A stretch of DNA of 64,000 nt from an uncultured Candidatus Rokubacteria bacterium (GCA_963789955.1 CAWBMV010000012.1:224001-288000); one strand, 5' to 3'; positions 43,207-54,417 are shown, counted from the stretch's first letter. Numbers and translations are program-made. Notes: generated by a model not told the origin, from the letters alone.

Positions 43207-44226
43207 ATGGCCCCCGCTACAATAGACGCCCTCGTGACCGGGGCGACCGGGTTCGTCGGCGCCAACGTGGCGCGCGAGCTCCTGCGCGAGGGCGCGACGG
43301 TGCGCGTGCTCGCGCGGCCGAACGGCGACCGCCGCGCGATCGAGGGGCTCGCGGTGGAGATCTGCGAGGGCGACCTCGTCGATCCCGCCTCGGTCCGCCA
43401 GGCCGTGCAGGGCGCGCGAATGGTGTTTCACGTCGCGGCCGACTACCGGCTCTGGGCACCGCGACCCGAGGAGATCTACCGCGCCAACGTCGAGGGGACG
43501 CGCGCGGTGCTCCAGGCCGCCGCCGACGCGGGCGTGAAGCGCGTCGTGTACACCTCGAGCGTCGGCGCGCTCGGCATTCCCAAGGACGGGACGCCCGGGA
43601 CGGAGACGACGCCCGTGACCCTGGCCGACATGGTCGGCCCGTACAAGGCGTCCAAGTTTCTCGCCGAGCAGGTGGCGCTCGGCTTCGCGCTCAAGGGGCT
43701 GCCGGTCGTGATCGTGAACCCCTCGACGCCGATCGGTCCGTGGGACGTGAAGCCGACCCCGACCGGCCAGATGGTCGTCGACTTCCTGAAAGGCCGGATG
43801 TTCGCGACGCTCGACACGGGACTCAACATCGTCCACGTCCGCGACGTCGCGCGCGGCCATCTGCTGGCCGCCGAGCGCGGCCAGATCGGCGAAAAGTACA
43901 TCCTCGGCAACGCCAATCTCAGTCTCGACGAGATCGGGGTCCTGCTCGCCGAGATCGCCGGCAGCCGCGCGCCGCGCGCTCGCATCCCGTACGCGGTGGC
44001 CTGGCTCGCCGCCGGCTGCATGGAAGTCGCGGCGCGCGTCACCGGCTCGCCGCCGCGGGCGTCGCTGACCGCGGTCCGCATGGCCCGCAAGCGCATGTTC
44101 TTCAGCCCGGCCAAGGCCGTGCGCGAGCTCTCACTGCCGCAGACCGACGTGCGGACGGCGCTCGCCGAGGCCGCCGAGTGGTTCATCGCGCACGGCTATG
44201 CCGCGCGCGTGCGGAAGACCGCATGA
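43207..44226 (+). CDS. hpnA: Hopanoid-associated NAD-dependent epimerase/dehydratase
   Basis: VTGATGFVG, HVAADYRLW, YKASK, DVKPTPTG. Confidence 0.92.
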   Translation: MAPATIDALVTGATGFVGANVARELLREGATVRVLARPNGDRRAIEGLAVEICEGDLVDPASVRQAVQGARMVFHVAADYRLWAPRPEEIYRANVEGTRAVLQAAADAGVKRVVYTSSVGALGIPKDGTPGTETTPVTLADMVGPYKASKFLAEQVALGFALKGLPVVIVNPSTPIGPWDVKPTPTGQMVVDFLKGRMFATLDTGLNIVHVRDVARGHLLAAERGQIGEKYILGNANLSLDEIGVLLAEIAGSRAPRARIPYAVAWLAAGCMEVAARVTGSPPRASLTAVRMARKRMFFSPAKAVRELSLPQTDVRTALAEAAEWFIAHGYAARVRKTA

Positions 44227-45110
44227 TCGGACATCTCGCGGCCCGCCTGACGCGGAAGAGCCGCTCGAATTTCTACTACGCGTTTCTCGCGCTGCCCAAG
44301 CCCCGCCGCGACGCGCTGTACGCCGTGTACGCGTTCTGCCGGACCGTGGACGACATCGCGGATCTGGGCGACGAGCGCGGCACCGATCGCGCGGAGCAGC
44401 GGCGCGCGCTCGACGGCTGGCGCCGCGACGTGGCGCTCTGCTACGAGCCCGGCGCCACCCCGACCGATCCGATCGCGGCACGGCTGGCGCACGCGGTGCG
44501 CACCTTCGCGATCCCGCGCGACGCGCTCCTGGCGATCATCGACGGGGTCGCGATGGATCTCGACCGCGCACGCTACGAGACCGCCGAAGACCTGTATCCG
44601 TATTGCTATCGGGTGGCCTCGGCCGTCGGCCTCTGCTGCATCGAGATCTTCGGCTACACCGATCCGCGTGCGCGCCAGTACGCGATCGACCTGGGCACGG
44701 CGCTCCAGCTGACGAACATCATTCGCGACGTCGGCGCCGACGCGCGCGACGGGCGGGTCTACCTGCCGCAGGAGGATCTGCGGAAGTTCGGCGTGACCGT
44801 CGAGGATCTGCAGACCGGACGGTACACCGAGCAGTTCGTCCAGCTCATGCGCCATCAGGCGGAGCGGGCGCGGCGGTTCTACCGGGCCGCGCGGGAGAAC
44901 TTCCCGTCGGTCGACGCGCGCTCCCTGGTGCCCGCCGAGATCATGGGGCGGATCTACTTCGCGCTGCTCGAGGAGATCGAAGCGCGGCGCTTCCAGGTGT
45001 TCGGCGCGCGCATCACGGTGCCCACGGCCCGCAAGGTCGCGATCGCGTTTCGCTGCTGGGCGGCGGCGCGGTTCGGCTCCGCCGGCTCTCCCGGCGGACG
45101 CGCGGCGTGA
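44223..45110 (+). CDS. hpnD: Presqualene diphosphate synthase (squalene/phytoene synthase family)
   Basis: SNFYYAF, YAFCRTVDDIAD, QLTNIIRDVGAD..GRVYLP. Confidence 0.85.
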   Translation: MIGHLAARLTRKSRSNFYYAFLALPKPRRDALYAVYAFCRTVDDIADLGDERGTDRAEQRRALDGWRRDVALCYEPGATPTDPIAARLAHAVRTFAIPRDALLAIIDGVAMDLDRARYETAEDLYPYCYRVASAVGLCCIEIFGYTDPRARQYAIDLGTALQLTNIIRDVGADARDGRVYLPQEDLRKFGVTVEDLQTGRYTEQFVQLMRHQAERARRFYRAARENFPSVDARSLVPAEIMGRIYFALLEEIEARRFQVFGARITVPTARKVAIAFRCWAAARFGSAGSPGGRAA

Positions 45111-46117
45111 AGGCCGCGGTCTACCGCGGCGACGGCCGACTCGTCGCCGAAGAGTGGCCCAGGCCATCGATCGGCGCCGGCGAGCTCCTGTTACGCCTCA
45201 AGGGCTGCGGCCTCTGCGGCTCGGACATCGCCAAGATCGTCGATCCCGCGACCAGGATTCCGGCGGTCTTCGGCCACGAGGTGGTCGGTGAGGTCGCCTC
45301 GGTCGGTAGCGGTGTGTCGGCGTACGCGGTGGGCGATCGCGTCGTGGCGGCGCACCACGTGCCGTGCGGCGAGTGTCACTACTGTCGCCGCGGCAGCGAG
45401 TCGATGTGCGCCGCGTTCAAGGCCTCGAACCTCGATCCGGGCGGATTCGCCGAGTACGTCCGTGTCCCGGCGCCCAATGTTCGGCACGCGACTTTCCGTG
45501 TGCCGCCGCACGTGAGCGACGAGGCCGCCTCGTTCGTCGAGCCGCTGGCGTGCTGCCTGCGCGCGGTGCGGCGCGCTCGGGTCCAGCCGGGCGACACCGT
45601 CGTCGTCGTGGGGCTCGGATCGATCGGCTGCCTCTTCGTGCAGCTCTTCAAGCGGGCGGGCGCCGCAGTCGTCGGCGCGGACGCGCTGCCCGATCGCGCG
45701 GTCTTCGCGCGCGGGCTCGGCGCCGACGCGGCGGGGACCCTGGAGGTCGCGGCGGAGGCGCAGCGAAAGCTTTCCGAGGGCCGCGGCGCCGACCATGTCG
45801 TCCTCACCGGCGGCGGCGCGGCGGTGCTCCCGTGGGCGGCGGAGGTCGCGCGCGACGGGGGAAGCGTCCACTACTTCGCGGGTGGCGGCGGCGACACCTT
45901 GCCGCTGCCGCTCGAGACGCTCTATCACCGCGAGCTGACGATCACCGCGACCTACTCGTCGTCGCCGTCCGATCTGGCGGAGGCGTTTCGTCTGATCGCC
46001 GGCGGAGGCGTCGAGGTGGAGCGCCTGATCACCCATCGCGTGCCGCTCGCGAGCCTGGCGGCCGGCGTCGACCTCATGCGCCGGCGCGAGGCGCTGAAAG
46101 TGTACGTGACGCCGTGA
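45107..46117 (+). CDS. Zinc-dependent alcohol dehydrogenase
   Basis: LCGSD, GHEVVG, CGECHYC, EPLACC, GLGSIG. Confidence 0.9.
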   Translation: MKAAVYRGDGRLVAEEWPRPSIGAGELLLRLKGCGLCGSDIAKIVDPATRIPAVFGHEVVGEVASVGSGVSAYAVGDRVVAAHHVPCGECHYCRRGSESMCAAFKASNLDPGGFAEYVRVPAPNVRHATFRVPPHVSDEAASFVEPLACCLRAVRRARVQPGDTVVVVGLGSIGCLFVQLFKRAGAAVVGADALPDRAVFARGLGADAAGTLEVAAEAQRKLSEGRGADHVVLTGGGAAVLPWAAEVARDGGSVHYFAGGGGDTLPLPLETLYHRELTITATYSSSPSDLAEAFRLIAGGGVEVERLITHRVPLASLAAGVDLMRRREALKVYVTP

Positions 46118-47152
46118 GGGCGATGGTCTTCCACGGCCCCGGCGATCTGCGCCGCGAGGACCTGCCGGTGCCGACTCCGGCGCCGGGCGAGCTCGTCATG
46201 CGCATCGACGCGGCGCTCACGTGCGGCACCGACGTGAAGACCCTGCGCCGCGGACACCCGGTGATGATTCCGAAGGTGCCGACGGTGTTCGGCCACGAGT
46301 TCGCCGGCACGGTCGCGTCGGTCGGATCCGGAGTCTCGCAATTCCACGAAGGGGATCGCGTGGTCGCCGCGAACTCGGCGCCGTGCGGGAGCTGTCCGTC
46401 GTGTCTGGCTGGGCGGCCGAATCTCTGCGAGGACCTCTTGTTCGTCAACGGCGCGTACGGCGAGTTCATCGCGCTGCCGCCGCGGCTGGTCGCGACGTAA
46501 CGTCGTGCCGCTGGCGGCGTCGCTCCCGGCCGAGCGCGCCGCATTCACCGAGCCGCTGGCGTGCGCGCTTCTCGCCGTCGAGCGGGCTCGCGTGGAAGCC
46601 GGACAGACGGTGGTCGTGTTCGGCCACGGGCCGCTCGGGTGCTTGCTCGGCATGCTGGCCGCCTCGCGCAAGGCGCGAGTCGTCATGATCGGCAAGGCCG
46701 GCTGGCGGTTCGATCGCTTGAAGACCCTGGGCTTCGCCCGATGGCTCGACGCGACGGCCGGCAACGTCGTCGAGGCGGTCCGCGATGCGACGGCAGGCCG
46801 GGGCGCCGAGGTCACGGTCGACGCGACCGGCCGACCCGAGGTCTGGGAGCTGGCGGTCGACACCGTGGGACGCGGTGGCAGCGTGCTGTTCTTCGGCGGC
46901 TGCGCACCGGGCACCTCGATCCGACTGGACACGCGGCGGACGCACTACGAGGAGCTGAGCTTGCTCGGCGCCTTCCATCACACGCCCGAGATGATCCGCC
47001 GGGCGGTGGAGACTCTGGCGTCCGGCGCGCTGGTGCCCGACAGCTTGATCTCGCATCGCATGCCGCTCGAGGAAGTCGGGCAGGCCCTCGCGCTGATGGC
47101 GAAGGGCGAGGCGCTCAAGGTGCTGATCCGAACGTCGAGCGTGGCATACTAG
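46114..47152 (+). CDS. Zinc-dependent alcohol dehydrogenase (frameshift near 46497)
   Basis: TCGTD, GHEFAG, CGSCPSC, EPLAC, GHGPLG. Confidence 0.9.
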
Positions 47153-47159
47153 GAGCGTC

Positions 47160-48153
47160 ATGAAAGGCCCTCTCTCCGAGATCCTCCTGGCCGGCCCCCG
47201 TGGGTTCTGCGCGGGGGTCGAGCGCGCGATCGACATCGTCGAGCTGGCCCTGTCGGTGTGCAAGCCGCCCGTCTACGTCCGCCGGGAGATCGTCCACAAT
47301 CGCCTCGTCGTCGAGACGCTCCGCCAGCAGGGCGCGATCTTCGTCGACGAGCTCGACGAGGTTCCGGACGACGCGACCGTGATCTTCAGCGCTCACGGCA
47401 TCTCGCCGGAGGTGCGCGAAGAGGGCGCGCGGCGCGGTCTGCGCGTGATCGACGCGACGTGTCCGCTGGTGACCAAGGTGCACCTGGAGGCGATCCGCTA
47501 CGCGCGCGAGGACTACTCGATCGTGCTGATCGGTCACGAGGACCACGACGAGGTCATCGGTACGCTCGGCGAGGCGCCGGAGCGCATCTTCGTGATCGCC
47601 GACGTGGACGAGGTGGCGACGCTCGAGGTGCCGAATCCGGAGAAGGTCGCGTATCTGACGCAGACGACCCTGTCGGTCGACGACACGCGCGACGTCATCG
47701 AGGCGCTGCGCCAGCGGTTCCCGAAGATCGTCGGGCCCTCGCGCAACGACATCTGCTACGCGACGCAGAACCGTCAGGCGGCGGTGAAACGTCTGGCGAA
47801 CGACGTCGATCTCCTGCTCGTGATCGGCTCCAACAACAGCTCGAACGCGATCCGCCTCGTGGAAGTCGCGCGCACGGCCGGCACCCGCGCCTACCTGATC
47901 AACGACGTCGGCGACATCCGTCAGGAGTGGCTCGAGAACGCCCGGCGCGTCGGCATCACCGCCGGCGCCTCGACGCCGGAAGTCCTGGTCACGCAGACGG
48001 TGGAAGCGCTCGCGCGGGCAGGGCGTCCCCGTGCGCGAAGTCCACGTGGTCGAGGAAGACGTGCGGTTCGCGCTGCCGCAGGAGCTCGCGCGGATGGCCG
48101 AGGAGCGTGGCATGACGCTCCCGGCCCGGACCGCGATGCGCCAGACTATTTGA
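47160..48153 (+). CDS. ispH: 4-hydroxy-3-methylbut-2-enyl diphosphate reductase (frameshift near 48020)
   Basis: [44 protein letters not shown]. Confidence 0.96.
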
Positions 48154-48155
48154 AG

Positions 48156-48228
48156 ATGGGGGGCCTCGACGGGCCCCCCAAGCCCCCCGCGCTCGGAAAC
48201 GCCCCGGCGGAGCCGGGGCGCCCCTCGG
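48156..48228. repeat. GC-rich double hairpin (REP-like/terminator-like) after ispH
   Basis: TGGGGGGCC-tcgacg-GGCCCCCCA and CGCCCCGGC-gga-GCCGGGGCG. Confidence 0.7.
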
Positions 48229-48336
48229 TTGTCGCGTCGCGGTTCTGCGCCCGAACGCCGCTTCGGGTGACTTTCCGCTAGATCGCGGGCCTCGGCTGAG
48301 CGGATATACTGCGCGAAAGCCACGAGGGGAAACGCC

Positions 48337-49572
48337 ATGAGCTTCGTCAGCCACGTCGAGTGCACGATCTGCGGCGCCCACCACGACGCGAAGCGGCTCC
48401 TGACGGTCTGCGAGAAATGCGGACAGATGCTCGCGGTGCGGTACGACTTGGAGCGGGTCAAGGCGAGCGTGACGAAAGACGCGCTGCGTCGACGCGCGCC
48501 CGGGATGTATCGCTTCCGCGAGCTGACCCCGGTTGACGACTCGGAGGCGCTGGTGACGCTCGGCGAAGGCGGGACGCCGCTGCTCGAGCTGCCGCGGCTC
48601 GCCGCCCACCTCGGCATCAAGAAGCTGTGGGCGAAGGACGACGGGCAGAACCCGACCGGATCGTTCAAGGCGCGCGGGCTCGGCATGGCCGTCACGCGGG
48701 CGCGAACGCTCGGCGCGCGCGGTTTCGTCATCCCCTCGGCCGGCAACGCCGGCGGCGCGGCGGCGGTGTACGCGGCGCGCTGTGGTCTGCCGTGCGTGGT
48801 CATCGTGCCGCGCGGGACGCCCGCGGCGGCCGTCGCCGAAGCGCAGATCGCCGGGGCGCACGTGTTCACGATCGAGGGCTCGATCGCGACCGCCGGCCGG
48901 GTCGTCGCCAAGGTCGCGCCCCAGCTCGGCTGGTTCGATCTCTCGACGCTCAAGGAGCCGTATCGTCTCGAAGGCAAGAAGACGATCGGGCTCGAGATTG
49001 CCGAGCAGCTCGACTGGCGTATGCCGGACGTCCTTTTGTATCCGACGGGCGGCGGTACCGGGCTCGTCGGCATCCCCAAGGGCTACGAGGAGCTTCGGGC
49101 GATGGGGTGGTTGTCCGGGCCGCTGCCGCGGCTGTTCGCGGTGCAGGCCGAGGGCTGCGCGCCCGTCGTGAAGGCCTTTGCCGAGGGCGCCGAGACGACC
49201 ACGGCGTGGGAGAACCCGACGACGCTCGCCGCGGGGCTCCGGGTGCCGTCGCCGTTCGCGGGTCGTCAGATGCTTCGCCTCCTGCGCGATACGCGGGGCG
49301 GCGCGATGGCGGTCAGCGAGAAGGCGATCCAGGACGCCCAGCGTCTCGTGGCGCGCACCGAGGGTGTCTGGACCGCCCCGGAGTCGGCCGCGCTCGTCGC
49401 CGCGCTCGGCATCCTCAAAGACCGCGGCGAGGCCCTCCGCGACGCCGAGATCATGCTGATTTTCACCGGCGCCGGGCTCAAGTACGACCCGCCGCCGCTG
49501 GGATCGCCGACCGATCTGGCCGGCTCCGAGGACGAAATTCTGGCCCAGGTACGGCGTACGGTCGGGGCTTAA
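48337..49572 (+). CDS. thrC: Threonine synthase-like PLP enzyme
   Basis: N-terminal CxxC..CxxC, LGEGGTP, NPTGSFKARG, SAGNAG, PTGGGTG. Confidence 0.85.
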   Translation: MSFVSHVECTICGAHHDAKRLLTVCEKCGQMLAVRYDLERVKASVTKDALRRRAPGMYRFRELTPVDDSEALVTLGEGGTPLLELPRLAAHLGIKKLWAKDDGQNPTGSFKARGLGMAVTRARTLGARGFVIPSAGNAGGAAAVYAARCGLPCVVIVPRGTPAAAVAEAQIAGAHVFTIEGSIATAGRVVAKVAPQLGWFDLSTLKEPYRLEGKKTIGLEIAEQLDWRMPDVLLYPTGGGTGLVGIPKGYEELRAMGWLSGPLPRLFAVQAEGCAPVVKAFAEGAETTTAWENPTTLAAGLRVPSPFAGRQMLRLLRDTRGGAMAVSEKAIQDAQRLVARTEGVWTAPESAALVAALGILKDRGEALRDAEIMLIFTGAGLKYDPPPLGSPTDLAGSEDEILAQVRRTVGA

Positions 49573-49635
49573 CAGGCTCCTGCCTTCGGTGGTAGCATCT
49601 GGCCCACCGCATCGCTCGTTCTAGGAGGCCAGCTG

Positions 49636-51720
49636 ATGGCGATCGAGATCGGGAAGATCCGGAACGTCGGCGTCGTCGGTCACGGCGGCGTCGGTAAAAC
49701 ATCCCTCGTCGAAGCCATGCTGTTCGCGACAGGCGCGGTCACGCGCCTGGGCCGGGTGGACGACGGCTCGACCACGACCGACTTCGACCCGGACGAGATC
49801 AGGCGCAAGATCTCGATCAACACCTCGGTGGCGTACTGCGACTGGAAGGGCCACCACATCAACCTGGTCGACACCCCCGGGTACGGTGACTTCATCGCGG
49901 ATGCCCGCGCCGGTCTCCGGGTCGTCGAGGCGGCGGTCGTCGTGGTGGACGCCGTCGCCGGCGTCCAGGTCCAGACCGAGAAGGTGTGGAAGTTCGCGAC
50001 GGAGTACGACCTGCCGCGCGCGGTCGTCGTGAACCGCCTCGATCGCGAGCGCGCGGACTTCTTCCGCACGTTCGAGTCACTCGGGAAGCGGCTCAAGGGA
50101 CGGCTGGTCGCCCTGCATCTGCCCATCGGGGAAGAGTCCGGATTCCGCGGCTTCGTCGATCTCGTCAAGATGAAGGCGGTCACGCTCGCGGGTAACAAGC
50201 CCGCCGAGGCCGACATCCCCGGCGACCTCGCCGAGCGCGTCAAGGAGTATCGCGAGAAGCTCGTCGAGGCGGCCGCCGAGACCGACGACGACCTGCTGGC
50301 CAAATACCTCGAGGAAGGCTCGCTCGGCGAGGCCGAGATGCTGAAGGCGCTCCGCGCCGGCATCACCCAGGGCAAGCTCATGCCGGTGGTGTGCGCCGCC
50401 GCGTCGAAGTCGATCGGCGTCCACGCGCTGCTCGACCTGATCGTCGACGAGCTGCCGTCGCCGGCGGAGCGCCCTGAGGTCCCCGGCACCGACGTCAAGA
50501 CCAAGCAGGCGGCCACGCGGAATGCGGACGCGAAGGCTCCCGTGACGGCGCTGGTGTTCAAGACGCTCAGCGATCCTCATATCGGCAAGCTCTCGCTCTT
50601 CCGCGTCATGACCGGCACGCTCAGGGCCGACTCGACCTTGCTCAATCCGGCGCACAGCGCCCGCGAGCGCATGGGGCACGTCTCGTGGCTCCAGGGCAAG
50701 ACGCAGAAGAACGTCGAGGCGCTCGGGCCGGGCGAGATCGGCGTGGCCCAGAAGCTGAAGGAGACGCAGACGGGCGACACGCTCACCGAGGAGGCTCAGC
50801 CGTTCGAGCTGCCGAAGATCAAGTTCCCGGAGGCGGCGATCTCGTTCGCGATCCAGCCCAAGACGCGCGGTGACGAGGACAAGATCTCGACCGCGCTGGC
50901 GCGCATCGCCGAAGAAGACCCGACGGTCCACTACCACTTCGATCCGGAGACCAAGCAGCTCCTGGTTTCTGGTGTCGGCAGCTTGCACGTCGAGATGGTC
51001 GTCGAGCGCATGAAGCGCAAGTACAACGTCGACGTGAACCTGCTGCCGCCGCGCATCCCCTACAAGGAGACGGTGAAGGGGCGCGCCGAGGGGCAGGGCA
51101 AGTACAAGAAGCAGACCGGCGGGCGCGGCCAGTACGGCGACACGTGGCTCCGGGTCGAGCCGATGCCGCGCGGCGGCGGGTTCGAGTTCGTCGACGACGT
51201 CTTCGGCGGCGCGGTCCCGCGCAACTTCATCCCCTCGGTCGAGAAGGGCGTGCGCGACTGCATGAAGAAGGGGATCCTCGCCGGCTACCCGGTCGTGGAC
51301 ATGAAGGTCACGCTCTACGACGGCTCCTCCCACGACGTGGACTCCTCGGACATGGCGTTCCAGATCGCGGCGTCAATGGGACTCCAGAAGGTCTTCATGG
51401 ACGCCCGGCCGATCCTGCTCGAGCCGATCATGAACGTCGAGGTCACGACGCCGGCGGATCACGCCGGCGACGTCATCGGCGACATGAACTCACGGCGCGG
51501 CCGGATCGTCGGCATGGAGCCGGCGGGCGAGACCGCGGCGGTGCGCGCCGTGGTGCCGATGTCCGAGATGCTGACGTACGAGTCGAGCCTGCGCTCGATG
51601 ACCGGTGGTCGCGGCGGCTACTCGATGGAGTTCTCGCACTATGAAGAGGTCCCGTCCTTCCTCGCCGACAAGGTCATCAAGGAGGCGAAGTCGGAGCGGG
51701 AGAAGGCCGAGAAGCACTAG
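49636..51720 (+). CDS. fusA: Elongation factor G paralogue (EF-G2-like), outside an str operon
   Basis: GHGGVGKT, RKISI, DTPGYGDF, NRLD, KKQTGGRGQYG, HDVDSS. Confidence 0.9.
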   Translation: MAIEIGKIRNVGVVGHGGVGKTSLVEAMLFATGAVTRLGRVDDGSTTTDFDPDEIRRKISINTSVAYCDWKGHHINLVDTPGYGDFIADARAGLRVVEAAVVVVDAVAGVQVQTEKVWKFATEYDLPRAVVVNRLDRERADFFRTFESLGKRLKGRLVALHLPIGEESGFRGFVDLVKMKAVTLAGNKPAEADIPGDLAERVKEYREKLVEAAAETDDDLLAKYLEEGSLGEAEMLKALRAGITQGKLMPVVCAAASKSIGVHALLDLIVDELPSPAERPEVPGTDVKTKQAATRNADAKAPVTALVFKTLSDPHIGKLSLFRVMTGTLRADSTLLNPAHSARERMGHVSWLQGKTQKNVEALGPGEIGVAQKLKETQTGDTLTEEAQPFELPKIKFPEAAISFAIQPKTRGDEDKISTALARIAEEDPTVHYHFDPETKQLLVSGVGSLHVEMVVERMKRKYNVDVNLLPPRIPYKETVKGRAEGQGKYKKQTGGRGQYGDTWLRVEPMPRGGGFEFVDDVFGGAVPRNFIPSVEKGVRDCMKKGILAGYPVVDMKVTLYDGSSHDVDSSDMAFQIAASMGLQKVFMDARPILLEPIMNVEVTTPADHAGDVIGDMNSRRGRIVGMEPAGETAAVRAVVPMSEMLTYESSLRSMTGGRGGYSMEFSHYEEVPSFLADKVIKEAKSEREKAEKH

Positions 51721-51754
51721 AGCGGTCGGGGGCCTCGGGTAGAATAGGCCTCAA

Positions 51755-53159
51755 ATGATCTTTCAGCAGATCCTCAACGAAGAGTCGGGCTGTCTGTCCT
51801 ATCTGATCGGCTGCGGGGAGGCCGGGAAAGCTGCTGGTGGTCGATCCCGGCCGTGACCGCGTCCCCGAATACCTCCGCCTCGCCGCGAAGAAGGGCCTCA
51901 CGATCAGCCATATCCTCGAGACGCACACACACGCCGACCACATCTCGGGCGGTCGCGATCTGGCCGAGGCGGTGCGGGCGCCGATCCTCGTTCACCGGAC
52001 CGCCGGGGTCGCCTTCGAGCACCAGGAGGTGAGCGACGGCGACGAGCTCCGGATCGGCAGCGTGCGCTTCAAGATCGCCCACACGCCGGGCCACACGCCC
52101 GACTCGATCTGCCTGATGGTGTCGGACCTGTCCCGTGGCGAGGCCCCGTGGTTCGTCCTGACGGGCGACATGCTGTTCGTCGGCTCCGTCGGACGCCCGG
52201 ATCTCGGCGGCGCCCGCGCCGCGGAGGACGCGTGGGAGAGTCTGCAGCGCGTGCTGCTGCCGCTCGACGACAGCGTCGAGGTCTATCCCGCCCACGGCGC
52301 CGGCTCGGCGTGCGGCAAGGCGATGTCGGCCAAGTCGGGCTCGACGATCGGCTTCGAGCGCCGCTTCAACCCGGCGCTCCAGCTTCGCGGCCGCCAGGAG
52401 TTCGTCGACTTCCTCATGAAGGATCTGCCGCCGAAGCCGCCCTCGTTCGAGAAGATCGTCGGCAAGAACAAGGGGTTGATCTCGCTCGCCGCCGCCAAGC
52501 CGCGGCCGTTCACGGCCCGCGAGGCGTGGGACGCGGTGCAGCGGGGCGAGATCGTCGTGGACCTGCGCGATCCCGGCACCTACGGCGAGATGCACGTCGC
52601 CGGCGCCGTGAACGTGTGGATCGAGAGCCCGCAGTTCGCCGAGCGCGTCGCGGGCATGGTGCCGTCCGGTGCGTCCTTGCTGTTGCTGGCGCAGGGGCCG
52701 TCGGACCTCGACCGCGCCGTGCAGGCGCTCTCGCGCGTGGGCATCGACGAGATCAGCGGCTTTCTCCAGTGGGGCATGATCGAGTGGCGCAGCGAGGGCT
52801 TCCCGGTCGAGTCGGTGCCGCAGATCACGGTGTCCGAGCTCGCCGAGTGGCTCGAGCAGGGACGTGACGTGGCCGTGATCGACGTGCGCGAGCACTCCGA
52901 GTGGATCGACGGCCACATCGACGGCGCGATCCACCTGCCGATGCTCGAAGCCGCGGCGCGGCGCGGCGAGGTGCCGGCCGACCGGCCGAAGGCGGTGCTG
53001 TGCGCCGGGGGCCTGCGCTCGAGCACCGCGATCAGCGCGCTGAAACGCCACGGCCTGCAGGGATGGTACAACGTCACGGGCGGCATGACGGCGTGGAAAC
53101 GGTTCGGCTATCCCGTCGTGCGCTCGTCGTCGGACTCGGGCAGCGCTCCTCGCGCGTGA
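51755..53159 (+). CDS. Persulfide dioxygenase-rhodanese fusion (CstB-like; frameshift near 51830)
   Basis: ETHTHADH, HTPGHT, GDMLFVGSVGRPDL, PAHGAGSACG, two rhodanese domains, last with CAGGLRS. Confidence 0.88.
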
Positions 53160-53208
53160 TCGCCGACAGAAGTGCGAGCCGAAGCGGTGCCTCCGCTGAG
53201 GCGAGCCT

Positions 53209-54406
53209 GTGATCAACGGGCGGTGCAAGCGCTTCAGCAAAGCCGAGCTCGCTCGCTCCGCTGTACGCGGCGGTGTTCGGACGCCCGTGGCTGGTGTGGG
53301 GCTCCGCGGTGCTGGTCGCCACCCTCAACGTCTTCCTCTTCGCCTTCGATCGTCCGTGGACCGCCTCGGACGGGCTCCGGAACTGGGGCGACTGGGTGCT
53401 CACCGGCGTCGGTCTCGTCCGCCGCCCCGACCTCTTGCCGCCCTGGCTCTATTCGGGCTCCCTGCTGAACATCGGCGTCATCGTCGGCGGCACGATCGCG
53501 GCGCTCCTGTCGCGCGAGTTCGCGATCCGCGTGCCGGCGCGCGCCGAGCTCGCCAAGGGGGGCGCCGGCGGGCTCCTGATGGGCGTCGGCGCTGTGCTCG
53601 CCTTCGGCTGCAACATCGGCGGATTCTTCTCGGCGACGAGCGCGCTCTCGCTGTCGGGCCTCGGCATGATGCTCGGGCTCGGCGCCGGCGCGTTCATCGG
53701 GATCCGCTATCTGATCTGGGAAGTCGCGCACCGGCCGCAGTGGTCGCGCGGCGGCGGGCGCATCTATCTGCAGGCGGCGGGTCCGGCGACCGCGGGGCAC
53801 ACGTGGGCCGGAGCGGTCGTCGTCGCCCTGGTCGCGGTGGTGCTCGTTCTCTACACGCGGGCGGGCTACGGGCCGCAAGGCGTGTTCTTGCTCTTCGGCG
53901 CCGCGTTCGGTGTGGTGTTCCAGCGATCCCGGTTCTGTCTGGTGCGCGCTTTCCGTGAGCCGTTCATGACGGGCGACGCCGAGCACACCCGGGCGGCGGC
54001 GCTGGCGCTCGTCGTGGCGACGCTCGGCTTCGCGATCTTGAAGTTCACCGATCTCAAGGACAAGAGCGAGTGGGTGTTCCCGGCGGCGGGGTTCGGCTCG
54101 CTGGCCGGCGGGCTGGCTTTCGGCGTCGGGATGACGCTCGCGGGCGGCTGCGGCGCGGGCTCACTGTGGCGCGCGGGCGAGGGACAGGTGAAGCTCTGGG
54201 CGACCGTCGCGTGCTTCGCCGTGGGCGCGTCGCTGGCGCGGCTGATCGCCGTCCAGACCGGGCTTTTGCAGAAGCTCGGCGCCGCGATCTTCCTGCCGGC
54301 CTGGCTCGGCTGGGGCGGGGCGATCGTGTTGATCGTCGCGATCGCGCTCGCGTGGGCTATGCTGTCGACCTGGAACGAGGAAACGCACACATTCAGCGTG
54401 GTCTAG
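53209..54406 (+). CDS. YeeE/YedE (TsuA/SoxT-like) sulfur-compound transporter (start uncertain, probable frameshift near 53260)
   Basis: LAFGCNIG, QRSRFCLV, LAGGCGAG motifs; multi-TM. Confidence 0.88.
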
Positions 54407-54417
54407 CGGAGGGGCGG

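Noticed and set aside
47160..48281. IspH with a long novel C-terminal extension
   Set aside because: Extension arises from a frameshift near 48020 and reads through a hairpin repeat; a normal C-terminus ends at 48153
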